Positions 29,663 through 38,971 of a DNA stretch of 64,000 bases are shown here, piece after piece. The number at the start of each line of letters is the position of its first letter. Position 1 is the first letter of the stretch. The translations under genes were made by a program, and so were the position numbers. Source of the DNA: Pseudomonadota bacterium (GTDB taxonomy: Bacteria > Pseudomonadota > Gammaproteobacteria > Pseudomonadales > Halieaceae); NCBI GenBank assembly GCA_039190425.1, contig JBCCYE010000013.1, forward strand, positions 10,533-74,532, written 5' to 3'. The notes beneath the pieces are model-generated. The model made no database searches and was not told the DNA's origin. It was given only the letters and a program-made list of their open reading frames with translations.

Positions 29663-30496
29663 TCAGGTGGCGGGCTTCAAGGCGAGCACAATGGAATTGG
29701 GGGTGACCAGTTGGAAGGCCAAACGACTCAAGGGCACGTAACGCAGCCACCGGGCAACGGTGCCTTTGGATGTTCCAGCCGTGCGCACTTCAATCATGTC
29801 CAATCGATCGAGAAACCGAGAGAAGCCTCGCTTGCGCAGCGCCCCGCGCAAACTGTAGAACGTAAACCAGTTTACCGCCGGGTACTTGGCATAGTTCGCA
29901 ACCTCCGGGCGAGTCGTCACAGCCAGTCGCTCGTAGTGGCGCTTGACGAAACCCGGGTACCAGCTGTACAGCGGCAAGTTGAATTCGTCCTGCAGCGGGC
30001 ACAGCGTATTGGTGGTGCTCAGAAAAAGCAGACCTCCTGGTCGCAAGAGACGGCTGGCTTCGTCCAGACAGGCCTGCCACTCTGCAACGTGTTCCAGCAG
30101 CTCCGGCAGAATACAGATGTCGACGCAGGCGTCCGGTAGCGGAGTGCCCGTTGCGCTGCAGTTGATAAACTGCATGTCCAGCTTCTCTTCTCTTGCACGG
30201 TGCTCGCCAACCGCCAGCAGATCGGCACTGATATCGATACAGGTGACCCTGTGTCCGGTACGCGCAAAGATACGGCCGCCGGTACCCGCCCCACCGCCAA
30301 TATCGACCACGTCAAACGGCCCTTCTCTTCCATCCCGCGCGAGGGTTTTTAAAACGAGATCGGCCAGGCGCTCAAAGCGTCCGAGAGTCTCTTCAGACTG
30401 GCTTTGCGCCTCGTAATACTCAAAAAAGCGGTCGTCGGTGGACGTATCTAATTTGCCGCCCGTCGATTCCGGTGGGCTGGCTTTATCCATGGTCAC
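29663..30496 (-). CDS. Class I SAM-dependent methyltransferase
   Basis: VDIGGGAG, LLEHV, LRPGG motifs. Confidence 0.85.
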   Translation of the reverse strand: MTMDKASPPESTGGKLDTSTDDRFFEYYEAQSQSEETLGRFERLADLVLKTLARDGREGPFDVVDIGGGAGTGGRIFARTGHRVTCIDISADLLAVGEHRAREEKLDMQFINCSATGTPLPDACVDICILPELLEHVAEWQACLDEASRLLRPGGLLFLSTTNTLCPLQDEFNLPLYSWYPGFVKRHYERLAVTTRPEVANYAKYPAVNWFTFYSLRGALRKRGFSRFLDRLDMIEVRTAGTSKGTVARWLRYVPLSRLAFQLVTPNSIVLALKPAT

Positions 30497-30577
30497 TGAC
30501 TAGGGTCTCCGTCACACGGCTCGTCAGTCTAATTTAGTGCCCAATACCCCGCAAGCGACGCACACGGGTGGCCAAGG

Positions 30578-32089
30578 TCATAACTGGGGTGAACGTTGAC
30601 GCGCTTTGTGCTCAGCTTTCAGTTCTCGATGGATCTTGGCCTGTCGCATTTGTTCCGCCATGTAGGCTTCCACCTGTCGCGTGTCCTGCCGGTTCTCAAA
30701 CACACGCAGCAGAGGATCAGAGGTCCTCGCCATCCAATCGGCCAGGCGCGCTCTCAACCGATCCAGGTGCGCTCTGTAATTGGGATCATCAATCAAGTTG
30801 TGCAGACAGTCGGGGTCTGACTGTACATCATACAGTTCCTCCGGAACCCGATAACGCAGCAGCGCTATCCGTGCCGCGAGCGCCTCGTCCTGCCCGGCCA
30901 GCTGTTCCATGCGCTGATAGGTCAACGTCTGAAACGTGGCCGAAAACTGTTGCCGAGCACCGTCCGACCAGGGGTTGTATATGTAGAGGAAACGCGGAGT
31001 TTCGATAGCCCGCATTGGTGTTGGTTGGCCGGCGGAATTTTCGTGATACTCCTTGAACACGGCATCGCGCTGCTGCTGCTTGCCACCGCGCAGCAGGCCG
31101 AGAAAGGACCTGCCCTGCAAACCCGCTGGCAGAGGCTGCTCAACCACGTCCAGCAGTGTGGGCAAGACATCGACCGCCGAAACCATATGCTCACGATCCA
31201 CCGTATCTGCGGGCACAGTGTCCGGCCAACGCACAATCAACGGTGTGCGTGTACTGTGATGGTAGAGCTGGGTCTTCACGAAAGGGAATGGCATGCCATG
31301 GTCTGCGAGCACCATCACCAGCGTATCCCGGTGCAGATCGAGTTCTTCCAACGTGGACAGCATCGCACCCACCGCATCATCGGCTCGTCGCACCGAAGAA
31401 AAGTAGTGTGCCAGCTCAAAGCGCACCTCGGGATCCTCCACCAGATAGGCAGGTACCGGCACCTCATCGGCAGCAAAAACCCGGCTTGGTCGGTAGGGAT
31501 CCGGACGTGGCTGTGAGCGTCGATTCAATCCATAAAAGGGAACGTGCGCGTCAGACACGTTCATCACCAGAACAAAAGGTTTTTTCGCCGCCGCTGCGGC
31601 ACCAATACCAACCCGCAGCGCGCGACCATAATCTTCAGGGTTTTTCTTATGCGCGCCCACCAACGCAGAACTGTCATTCAGTACCATGTCCCAGGGATAC
31701 GGCTCATAAGGTGTGGAATCATGAACTTTGTTATAGATGCCTGCAAAATATCCCGCCTGTCGCATCAGATCGGGAAGCATCGGATAGCCCGGATCAAGAA
31801 CCGGGTAAAAGCCCAACACACGACTGCTGTGCGGATAGCGGCCGGACCAAAGCACATTGCGCGACGGCATGCAGTTGGCCACCTGCACATGGGCGAGATC
31901 AAAGCGCATTCCTTCTGCCGCCAGTGCGTCGATGCGCGGCGTGGTGCCGGGCAAATGCGCTCCGAATACGCCAACAGAGTCAGCGTTAAGGTCATCCAGC
32001 GTGATCAGCAGCAGATTGGGTCGCGACCAGGCTGAGGGCGCCGCCAGCACGGACAGGAAGGTGCAGAAATAGAACAGGCTGCGTAGCAT
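30578..32089 (-). CDS. Sulfatase (sulfamidase/SGSH-like), exported
   Basis: PNLLLITLDD, CMPSR (CxPxR), DHGMPFP, EELYD. Confidence 0.9.
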   Translation of the reverse strand: MLRSLFYFCTFLSVLAAPSAWSRPNLLLITLDDLNADSVGVFGAHLPGTTPRIDALAAEGMRFDLAHVQVANCMPSRNVLWSGRYPHSSRVLGFYPVLDPGYPMLPDLMRQAGYFAGIYNKVHDSTPYEPYPWDMVLNDSSALVGAHKKNPEDYGRALRVGIGAAAAAKKPFVLVMNVSDAHVPFYGLNRRSQPRPDPYRPSRVFAADEVPVPAYLVEDPEVRFELAHYFSSVRRADDAVGAMLSTLEELDLHRDTLVMVLADHGMPFPFVKTQLYHHSTRTPLIVRWPDTVPADTVDREHMVSAVDVLPTLLDVVEQPLPAGLQGRSFLGLLRGGKQQQRDAVFKEYHENSAGQPTPMRAIETPRFLYIYNPWSDGARQQFSATFQTLTYQRMEQLAGQDEALAARIALLRYRVPEELYDVQSDPDCLHNLIDDPNYRAHLDRLRARLADWMARTSDPLLRVFENRQDTRQVEAYMAEQMRQAKIHRELKAEHKARQRSPQL

Positions 32090-32223
32090 AGGGCGATCTC
32101 TTCCTCAACTTTGGCGCATCAACATCGTATGCACGTCGGACACCGACGAGCACTCGGTGCGTCACTGTGGCATATGCGCACGCCCTCTGCTAGTGTGACA
32201 CCACTTTGTCCACAGCATCTTCC

Positions 32224-32928
32224 ATGTCCACCTACCTCTTCGTACTCTGCCCGCCGTACTGCGGATCGACGCTACTCTGGAAACTTCTGTCCACCTCCGA
32301 AAAGGTGTCTTCGCTGCCTCAGGAAGGCCAGTTTCTGGACGAACTCAAACACGTTACCCGTGTAAAACAGTGGGACATCAGTCACTCCTTACCCTGGCCA
32401 CACATCAAGGCCGTGTGGGAGACCTATTGGGACATGGACAAGCCCATACTGCTGGAAAAAAGTCCGCCCAATCTGGTGCGTGCGCCCGCGATCCAAGAGC
32501 ACTTTCAGCCATCACGCTTCGTCATCATGGTACGCGACCCCTATGCACATGCGGAGGGCCTCATGCGTCGCAACGGCTGGAAACTACAACGCGCCGCACG
32601 CTTCGTCCTAACCTGTCTGCGTTATCAATGGCGCAACAGGGAGCAACTCACGTCAGCGCTGGCGCTCACCTATGAAGACCTGGTGACGGACCCAATCAGC
32701 GCCTGTCGGCGGGTCGCAGAATTCATGCCGATTCTGAATGACCTCAACCCACATACGGACTTCGAGCTGGATTCAATCGATGGCACCGTGACCCAACCGA
32801 TCACCGATCTCAATCAGCGCAAGATTGCAGCTATTGAACCGCAGCACCTGCAGACCATGACAGAGATATTTGCAGAGCAGGCGGACGCACTCGAGGCCTG
32901 GGGCTACTCGCTGCGCAGTACCCCTTAA
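32224..32928 (+). CDS. Sulfotransferase family protein
   Basis: PPYCGSTLL, LEKSPPN, MVRDP, YEDLV. Confidence 0.8.
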   Translation: MSTYLFVLCPPYCGSTLLWKLLSTSEKVSSLPQEGQFLDELKHVTRVKQWDISHSLPWPHIKAVWETYWDMDKPILLEKSPPNLVRAPAIQEHFQPSRFVIMVRDPYAHAEGLMRRNGWKLQRAARFVLTCLRYQWRNREQLTSALALTYEDLVTDPISACRRVAEFMPILNDLNPHTDFELDSIDGTVTQPITDLNQRKIAAIEPQHLQTMTEIFAEQADALEAWGYSLRSTP

Positions 32929-33022
32929 GACCTGTGGCGCGGCGTCTAGCGCACGCGGTCTATACTCGTTCATGCGAGGACCGCCAGCCTCGCGCTATCT
33001 GCCGCCTTTAGGAGAATAACTC

Positions 33023-33976
33023 ATGTCCAACAAACTGACTGCGGTCACCATGGCCTGCGCCCTGGCTTGCTGGGGCTGCAGCGACTCAAGCGACACCCCT
33101 TTGCAACCCGCCCTGTTGACCCAATACACGCTCGGCAGCGACGACAGCGTTCCGGAAGGTGTCGCCTTCGATCCAGAACAAAGAAACTTCTACGCGACCA
33201 GTCTGCAGGGCGCCAGCATCACCCGCGTGGCCGCGGACGGCAGCGAGAGTCTGTTTCGCCAACCAGACGACCGGGCCGAGATTCTGGGCGCGCAGGTAGA
33301 TGCACAGTCACGAAGGCTCTGGGTCTGCGCCCGCGCGGTTGACGGTATCGACAATCAGGTCTGGATGTACGATCTCAACAGCGGAGAACTGCAGGAGACC
33401 TTCACCCTCGGCGCGCTGGCGACCAACGGTTCCTGCAATGATCTGGATCTTGACACTACCGGCCTGGCCTATGTGACGGACTCTGGCAATCCGACGGTGT
33501 ACCGACTGGACCCAACTACGGGAAAGGGTGAAGTCTTTGCCGCTAGTCCGCTGCTGGCAGATATCACCGGCTTCGGTCTAGGCCAAAACGGCATCGCAGT
33601 CAGCCCAGACGGCACCGCGCTGATCGTCGCCATCTTCACGCCGCCGGCTTTGGTCCGTGTCTCTCTACCTGAAGGCGAAGCGGTAACGTCTATCGCGCTG
33701 ACCGGGGATACGCTGCCCTCACCCGATGGCATTGTGTTTGTGGACGGCGACCTCTATACGGTTGCTAACGCCAGCGTCAGTCGAGTGCGCCTGAACGGAG
33801 ATTTCACCGCTGGCACGGTGGTGACCGTCGCCCAGCGCAGCGGACTTTCCACCGCGGCAAATGCTGAAGACCAGCTGTACGTCATCAAGAGTGAAGTCAC
33901 CAACTTCGTTCTGGGCGAACCGCTGGACTTACCTTTTGAAATTTTCCGCGTCGATACCGGAGAGTTCGATCAATGA
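33023..33976 (+). CDS. SMP-30/gluconolactonase-like beta-propeller lipoprotein
   Basis: Lipobox-like CWGC; PEGVAFD, CNDLDLD..G.AYVTDS, NGIAVSPDG, PDGI. Confidence 0.75.
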   Translation: MSNKLTAVTMACALACWGCSDSSDTPLQPALLTQYTLGSDDSVPEGVAFDPEQRNFYATSLQGASITRVAADGSESLFRQPDDRAEILGAQVDAQSRRLWVCARAVDGIDNQVWMYDLNSGELQETFTLGALATNGSCNDLDLDTTGLAYVTDSGNPTVYRLDPTTGKGEVFAASPLLADITGFGLGQNGIAVSPDGTALIVAIFTPPALVRVSLPEGEAVTSIALTGDTLPSPDGIVFVDGDLYTVANASVSRVRLNGDFTAGTVVTVAQRSGLSTAANAEDQLYVIKSEVTNFVLGEPLDLPFEIFRVDTGEFDQ

Positions 33977-34992
33977 GCCACGCCTCTACAACACCGCACA
34001 ATCAGCATATGGTCCTGGCCGCACGACCACAGGGCCCATTGAAAGTCGATGATTTCGCATTGCAGGATGCGTCGATGCCAAACCTCGAGGGAAATGATGT
34101 CGTCATCGAGACCCACTACCTGTCGCTGGATCCGGCCATGAAAGGCTGGATAGAAGCCCGCGTTGACTACGTAGCACCCGTCGAAATTGGCGATGTAATG
34201 CGCGGCCAGGGCGGCGGAATCGTGATCGAATCCAGCAAGCCCGAGTATCCCGTCGGATTGCAGGTGACCGGCCAGTTCGGTTGGCGGAGATACGTGGCGG
34301 GCACGCGCAGGTCACTGGGCCTTGCGCCCGTACCGGAGGGCATCGAGCTTTGCGCCGCTTTGAACGTGTTAGGCATTACCGGGTTGACGGCCTACTTCGG
34401 CATGCTCGATATCGGAAAACCGGCCAGGGGCGACACCGTGCTGATATCCGGCGCCGCCGGGGCGACAGGATCTGTTGCAGGTCAGCTGGCGCGCATCGCC
34501 GGGGCGCGCGTTATCGGCATCGCCGGCGGCGAGGAAAAATGTGCGTGGCTGATGGATACGTTGGAGTTTGAGGCGGCGATCGATTACAAAAACGAGGATG
34601 TTTCCGCACGGGTTGCTGAGCTGTGCGGCGAAGGCATCGATGTGTACTTCGACAACGTTGGTGGTGACATTCTCGATATCGCGCTGGACAACCTTGCTCA
34701 GAACGCCCGCGTTGTCCTGTGCGGCGGTATATCGCGCTATAACGAAACCGGCCCGATTCCAGGCCCGGTCAACTATTTCAATCTGATCTACCGCAACGCC
34801 AGGATGGAAGGCTTCATCGTACTGAACTACTTGAAACGCTTCCCGGAGGCGATAACTTTTCTCACGCAACACCTGCTCGACGGCCGTCTTAAGCATCGGG
34901 AAACCATCACCCAGGGGTTTGAGCAACTGCCTGTCGCCCTCGCCAGCCTGTTCACCGGGGGCAACACCGGAAAGGCTCTGGTCGCTGTATAG
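33973..34992 (+). CDS. NADP-dependent oxidoreductase (prostaglandin reductase/CurA-like)
   Basis: LSLDPAM, GLTAYFG, SGAAGATGS, YFDNVGG, GNTGK. Confidence 0.9.
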   Translation: MSHASTTPHNQHMVLAARPQGPLKVDDFALQDASMPNLEGNDVVIETHYLSLDPAMKGWIEARVDYVAPVEIGDVMRGQGGGIVIESSKPEYPVGLQVTGQFGWRRYVAGTRRSLGLAPVPEGIELCAALNVLGITGLTAYFGMLDIGKPARGDTVLISGAAGATGSVAGQLARIAGARVIGIAGGEEKCAWLMDTLEFEAAIDYKNEDVSARVAELCGEGIDVYFDNVGGDILDIALDNLAQNARVVLCGGISRYNETGPIPGPVNYFNLIYRNARMEGFIVLNYLKRFPEAITFLTQHLLDGRLKHRETITQGFEQLPVALASLFTGGNTGKALVAV

Positions 34993-35001
34993 CGATACAG
35001 C

Positions 35002-35856
35002 ATGGGGTTAATCAATCACAGAGCACCGCGGAGACTGCTCGCCATCGCTCGGGGGCACCCTTATGAACGGGAGTCGTTCCTCCGACTTTTCGATACGCTG
35101 GATGAGTTCGATGTTTGCCTGGCGGAACAGCCAGCTGCCAGTGCGTTGATGTGTCCAGAAACGGCGAAGAACTTCGACGTTCTGGTGTGTTATGACATGC
35201 CCGGTATCGACTTTGGTGGCCCAGACCCACCCGAACTATTGGCGCCAGACCCCATTCAGATAAAGCAGTATCGCGCCATGTTGGAAACAGGCATAGGCAT
35301 TGTCTATCTGCACCACGCTATCGCGGCATGGCCAACCTGGGATAGCTACGCAGAGATCGTCGGTGGTCGTTTCCACTACCGCGCCTCGGTACTGCATGAT
35401 CGTCCATGGCCCGACTCCGGCTACCGTCACAAAGTTAGCCATACCCTTCACCGAGTAGGCAATCATCCGGTTACCCGCGGGTTGCCCGATCGCTTTACCA
35501 TGACCGACGAGCTGTACCTCTTTCCGGTGTTAGAAGATCGGGTCGTACCCCTGCTGCGCAGCGACTACGACTTCTTAGACAGCAACTTCTATTCCGCTGC
35601 TGCCGCGGTGGCGGGCAAGCTCAACGATCGTGAGAACTGGTCACATCCCGACGGATCCAGCCTGGTAGGATGGGCCAACGCCTGGGGCGCCAGTCCGCTG
35701 GTCTATCTGCAAGGTGGTGATGACGCCGAGGCACTGGAGAACGCGTTTTTCAAAACACTGGTTGGCAATGCGGTGCGCTGGGTCGGCAGTGCAGAGGCGA
35801 GCCGCTGGGCACGGGATCGTACCGCCGCAGCAGGCGAGGACCGAGCTGAGCAGTGA
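35002..35856 (+). CDS. ThuA-like domain protein
   Basis: GHPY, FDVLVCYD, LHHA, HPVTRGL..F...DELY. Confidence 0.75.
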   Translation: MGLINHRAPRRLLAIARGHPYERESFLRLFDTLDEFDVCLAEQPAASALMCPETAKNFDVLVCYDMPGIDFGGPDPPELLAPDPIQIKQYRAMLETGIGIVYLHHAIAAWPTWDSYAEIVGGRFHYRASVLHDRPWPDSGYRHKVSHTLHRVGNHPVTRGLPDRFTMTDELYLFPVLEDRVVPLLRSDYDFLDSNFYSAAAAVAGKLNDRENWSHPDGSSLVGWANAWGASPLVYLQGGDDAEALENAFFKTLVGNAVRWVGSAEASRWARDRTAAAGEDRAEQ

Positions 35857-36641
35857 AAATTGCCCTGACACTGACTTGCATCGCGCTGGGCACGGCCGCC
35901 TTTGCGATGGTGCTACTGTACGTTGGGCAGCACAGGGTCCTCTACCCGGCGCCGCGGACTGCGCTGCCCGCGACGCTGCCAGACCACGTTTCACGCGTCG
36001 ATCTGACGTCAGGCTATGCTCTGCTCCTGCGCGCTTCACCAGACCCCTTAGACGATCAGCCGCTGATTATTTTTACCCATGGCAATGGAGAAACGGCCTG
36101 GCACTGGATCAACGCGTTCGGCCCGTTGCTCAACGAGGGTTTCGCAGTGTTGTTGGTCGAGTACCCCGGCTATGGCGGTGCTCCTGGGCAACCGTCCCTG
36201 TCCAGCATTGAGCAAACAGTGCTTTCGGCTTACGATCAGGCCCTGCTGCTGCCGGGCATCGATGCACAGAATGTCGTCGGCTATGGTCGCTCAATCGGTG
36301 GTGGTGCCATCGCATTACTGGCAAGCCAGAGGCCGCTGGCAGGCCTGGTGTTGGAGTCTACGTTTGCAAGCTTGCCGCAGCTGATAAAAGAGAAAGGTCT
36401 GCCCCCATTTTTGCTGAAGGATCGCTATGACAACGTCGGTCTGCTGAGAAAGCTGGCTCTGCCGGTTCTTCTGTACCACGGCAGCGAAGATACGCTGATA
36501 CCCCTGCACCACAGCAAGGCGCTTGAGGCCGCCCTGCCCGACGCGCAGCTCATTGTCCGACGATGCGGGCATAACGATTGCGAGAGACCCTGGCCGGAAC
36601 TGCTGCGCTTCTTGAACGGCAAGGTGCTGGTCCACCGCTAA
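35853..36641 (+). CDS. Alpha/beta hydrolase (ABHD-like)
   Basis: HGNGE, EYPGYG, GRSIGG, HGSED, GHND. Confidence 0.88.
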   Translation: MKIALTLTCIALGTAAFAMVLLYVGQHRVLYPAPRTALPATLPDHVSRVDLTSGYALLLRASPDPLDDQPLIIFTHGNGETAWHWINAFGPLLNEGFAVLLVEYPGYGGAPGQPSLSSIEQTVLSAYDQALLLPGIDAQNVVGYGRSIGGGAIALLASQRPLAGLVLESTFASLPQLIKEKGLPPFLLKDRYDNVGLLRKLALPVLLYHGSEDTLIPLHHSKALEAALPDAQLIVRRCGHNDCERPWPELLRFLNGKVLVHR

Positions 36642-36716
36642 CGGAACACGCGATGACGCGGCACGGGCCGGCGACATGACGTCCCTGGTGCGAAAGACTC
36701 AGGGCTGCGCCCGCCG

Positions 36717-37094
36717 TTAGGGAGGCGCGACTCCCGATTGCTGGGCGGCCGTGCGGTAACGCTGGCACTCGGCGGTAGGCTCCTGATCAGGACTCATCAG
36801 TACTTCGCAGGATAACTTCTCCATACTTTGCATACACGCCAGTGCCGGCTTGTACAGAGCGTGACCGGTGGGCACATCACCCATATTGCCCTTCACCTGC
36901 TCGCACATGTTGTCGAGCATGGGCTGCAACATTTGCCGCATTTCCGGTGTCAGCTCTTCCTCCTGCAGCTGCTCGATAGAACAGGCCTTGACGCGCTCAC
37001 ACAGACCCAATGCCGCCTCGGTCAATTCTTCCGCCTGGGCCGGCAAAACCCACAGAATCCATAAAACGAGCACGCCGTACTGGTTTATCCTCAT
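36717..37094 (-). CDS. Small secreted six-cysteine hypothetical protein
   Basis: Signal peptide ending AQA; six Cys; GAGGGGAG RBS. Confidence 0.7.
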   Translation of the reverse strand: MRINQYGVLVLWILWVLPAQAEELTEAALGLCERVKACSIEQLQEEELTPEMRQMLQPMLDNMCEQVKGNMGDVPTGHALYKPALACMQSMEKLSCEVLMSPDQEPTAECQRYRTAAQQSGVAPP

Positions 37095-37291
37095 GTCAAT
37101 CAGCTCCCCTCGTTGTGAGACCCGCAGTCGGTCACCGCGTGGCGCATAATATCTTCCTATCCATTACCTTAAAATAGCCCATGTTGTCAGACTTACCAGT
37201 GAGGTTTTGCAGGCACAGCGTTCTTGAAACCGGCAACGAAGCTGCGGGCGGCCCAAGGTCTGTGACATTTTCCACAGTGCAGAATCTTTCA

Positions 37292-37320
37292 TTGACCTGG
37301 TCGCACAACCGGCGCACAAT
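37292..37320 (+). promoter_or_regulatory. Sigma70-type promoter for the MFS leader
   Basis: TTGACC-17 nt-CACAAT; predicted start near 37326. Confidence 0.55.
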
Positions 37321-37325
37321 GCGCC

Positions 37326-37406
37326 CCCTGTCGAAACTGCCGCCATAGTCAAGTCATGGTACCGACAGGGATACCACTCGCCGTCTATTGACTGGCATAA
37401 CGGCGA
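37326..37406 (+). ncRNA. Candidate structured cis-regulatory RNA (two hairpins with complementary loops)
   Basis: CCCTGTCG/CGACAGGG and TCGCCGT/ACGGCGA stems; loop sequences AGTCA(A) and (T)TGACT are complementary. Confidence 0.45.
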
Positions 37407-37437
37407 CACTAAAGACCAAAAACGAAAGAGTAAGACA

Positions 37438-37542
37438 ATGGCCACGAAGTTCATGCCACAGATTCACGACAAGCGCTACGGCTCGACCGCCGTGCAGCTC
37501 GTCTGTCTGTGGACACACGTCGTGGTTTTAGGAAGCAGCTGA
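37438..37542 (+). CDS. Putative 34-aa leader peptide
   Basis: GAAAGAG RBS; MATKFMPQIHDKRYGSTAVQLVCLWTHVVVLGSS*; ends 15 nt before the terminator A-tract. Confidence 0.5.
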   Translation: MATKFMPQIHDKRYGSTAVQLVCLWTHVVVLGSS

Positions 37543-37557
37543 AGTAGTACTCTTTAG

Positions 37558-37599
37558 AAAAAAGGCCTCCGAGAACCCAGATTCCGGAGGCCTTTTTTT
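37558..37599 (+). terminator. Intrinsic terminator/attenuator upstream of MFS gene
   Basis: A6-GGCCTCCG(A)GAA-CCCAGA-TTCCGGAGGCC-T7. Confidence 0.85.
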
Positions 37600-37650
37600 A
37601 TTCTGTTAGATGACCTCCGCTTTTCGGGTTCCGCGCCTAGGGATGGAAAA

Positions 37651-38877
37651 GTGAAGCGCTCATTACAAAACAACATACGCACTCTGTACCTGCTGGGTTT
37701 TCTGCACAGCTTCATGGTGGTAGTACCCGTTTTCGTGCCGCTGCTGCAGGTCTATGGTTTGTCCATGACCCAGGTCATGCAAACTCAGGCGCTGTTTGCA
37801 TTGACCATAGCGCTGTTTGAAGTTCCATCAGGGTATCTTGCAGACTTGTGGGGCAGACGCAACGCTATCCTGGTGGGCTCTGCACTCAACGCGATAGGCT
37901 TTCTGTTGCTGCTTCAGGCCGACGGTTTCGTGGATTTCCTGATTTACGAGTTCTTTCTCGGTTTGGGTTTCAGCCTCATCTCGGGCGCAGATCTTGCGTT
38001 GCTGTACGACACTGAGGTCTACCTGCAGGAGCGCAAGCTGGGAGGCGGAGCAGGAGCGAGTAAATCCCTGAGCCGCCTGATCGCGGTAGAGGCTGGTGCT
38101 TCTGGTGTGGCAGGCATTACCGCCAGCGTGTTGCTACTGTGGTCTTTGGACGCCGTGGTGTGGGTGCAGGCATTCACCGGATTACTGCCGCTTTTGCTTG
38201 GCCTATGGCTGGTGGAAGTACCGCGTCCAGGAGTCGAGCAAAGCCACGCCAGTAACGCAAAACAGGTGGTTTCTGTGTTGCTGTTCGGCAAGCCCGTAGT
38301 GCTGTGGACAGCGCTGGCGATCGCCGCGTTTGGCCTGTTGGCGGTGTACGTGTTCTGGATTTATCAGAAGTACTGGGAGTTTCAGGGTATACCGGTTGCC
38401 TACTACGGTTACATCTGGGCCGCCTTCGCCCTCACAGTCAGTCTGGCAGCCCGCTACGCGAGCGTACTGGAGCAGCGGCTGGGTACACAGCGCCTGCTCT
38501 TGCTGGTCGCTCTGCTGCCCATAGCGGGCTTGCTCGGTATGGCGAGCTTCGCAGGCTGGCTGGGTGTTCTGTTTGGCTTTGCCATACAGCTTACCCGCGG
38601 GCTTTCAATGACCCTCTTTTATGAGGCTCTGAACCGGCGAGTACCTGGAGACTTTCGAGCCACTGTCAACTCGCTCGTGAGTCTGGCGGTGCGCGGGGTG
38701 TTCATTGGCACAGGGCCTCTGCTGGGTTATGCGCTGGACAGTCTAGGTGTGACCAGCACCCTGCTGCTGCTGGCGGCCATCTTCGCCCCATTGATTGGGC
38801 TCGTCATCATCCCGCTGATCTTGCGAATTCATCGTGAGAGTGGCGCGGAATCCCCTCAAATCGCCTCGGCCAGCTAG
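37651..38877 (+). CDS. MFS transporter
   Basis: About 12 TM; EVPSGYLADLWGRR motif A, SGADLALLYD, RATVNS. Confidence 0.9.
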   Translation: MKRSLQNNIRTLYLLGFLHSFMVVVPVFVPLLQVYGLSMTQVMQTQALFALTIALFEVPSGYLADLWGRRNAILVGSALNAIGFLLLLQADGFVDFLIYEFFLGLGFSLISGADLALLYDTEVYLQERKLGGGAGASKSLSRLIAVEAGASGVAGITASVLLLWSLDAVVWVQAFTGLLPLLLGLWLVEVPRPGVEQSHASNAKQVVSVLLFGKPVVLWTALAIAAFGLLAVYVFWIYQKYWEFQGIPVAYYGYIWAAFALTVSLAARYASVLEQRLGTQRLLLLVALLPIAGLLGMASFAGWLGVLFGFAIQLTRGLSMTLFYEALNRRVPGDFRATVNSLVSLAVRGVFIGTGPLLGYALDSLGVTSTLLLLAAIFAPLIGLVIIPLILRIHRESGAESPQIASAS

Positions 38878-38971
38878 GCCCGGGCGATTTGAGCTTTCTC
38901 ATTATTACCGCAACATTCCGTGGAGACTGTGGTCTCAATTGCGTTACATTGGCCAACAGGAGGAAACGTGC

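Noticed and set aside
37357-37364. TGGTACCG resembling the T-box UGGNACC bulge
   Set aside because: No specifier stem, it is not adjacent to the terminator, and T-boxes are not expected in this lineage.
37388-37415. TTGACT-16-TAAAGA as an alternative promoter for the leader peptide
   Set aside because: Poor -10 match and TTGACT is explained as hairpin 2 loop; not fully excluded.
37132-37454. 61-aa and 96-aa minus-strand ORFs in the intergenic region
   Set aside because: No convincing RBS or protein features; the region is better explained by promoters and the + strand leader.
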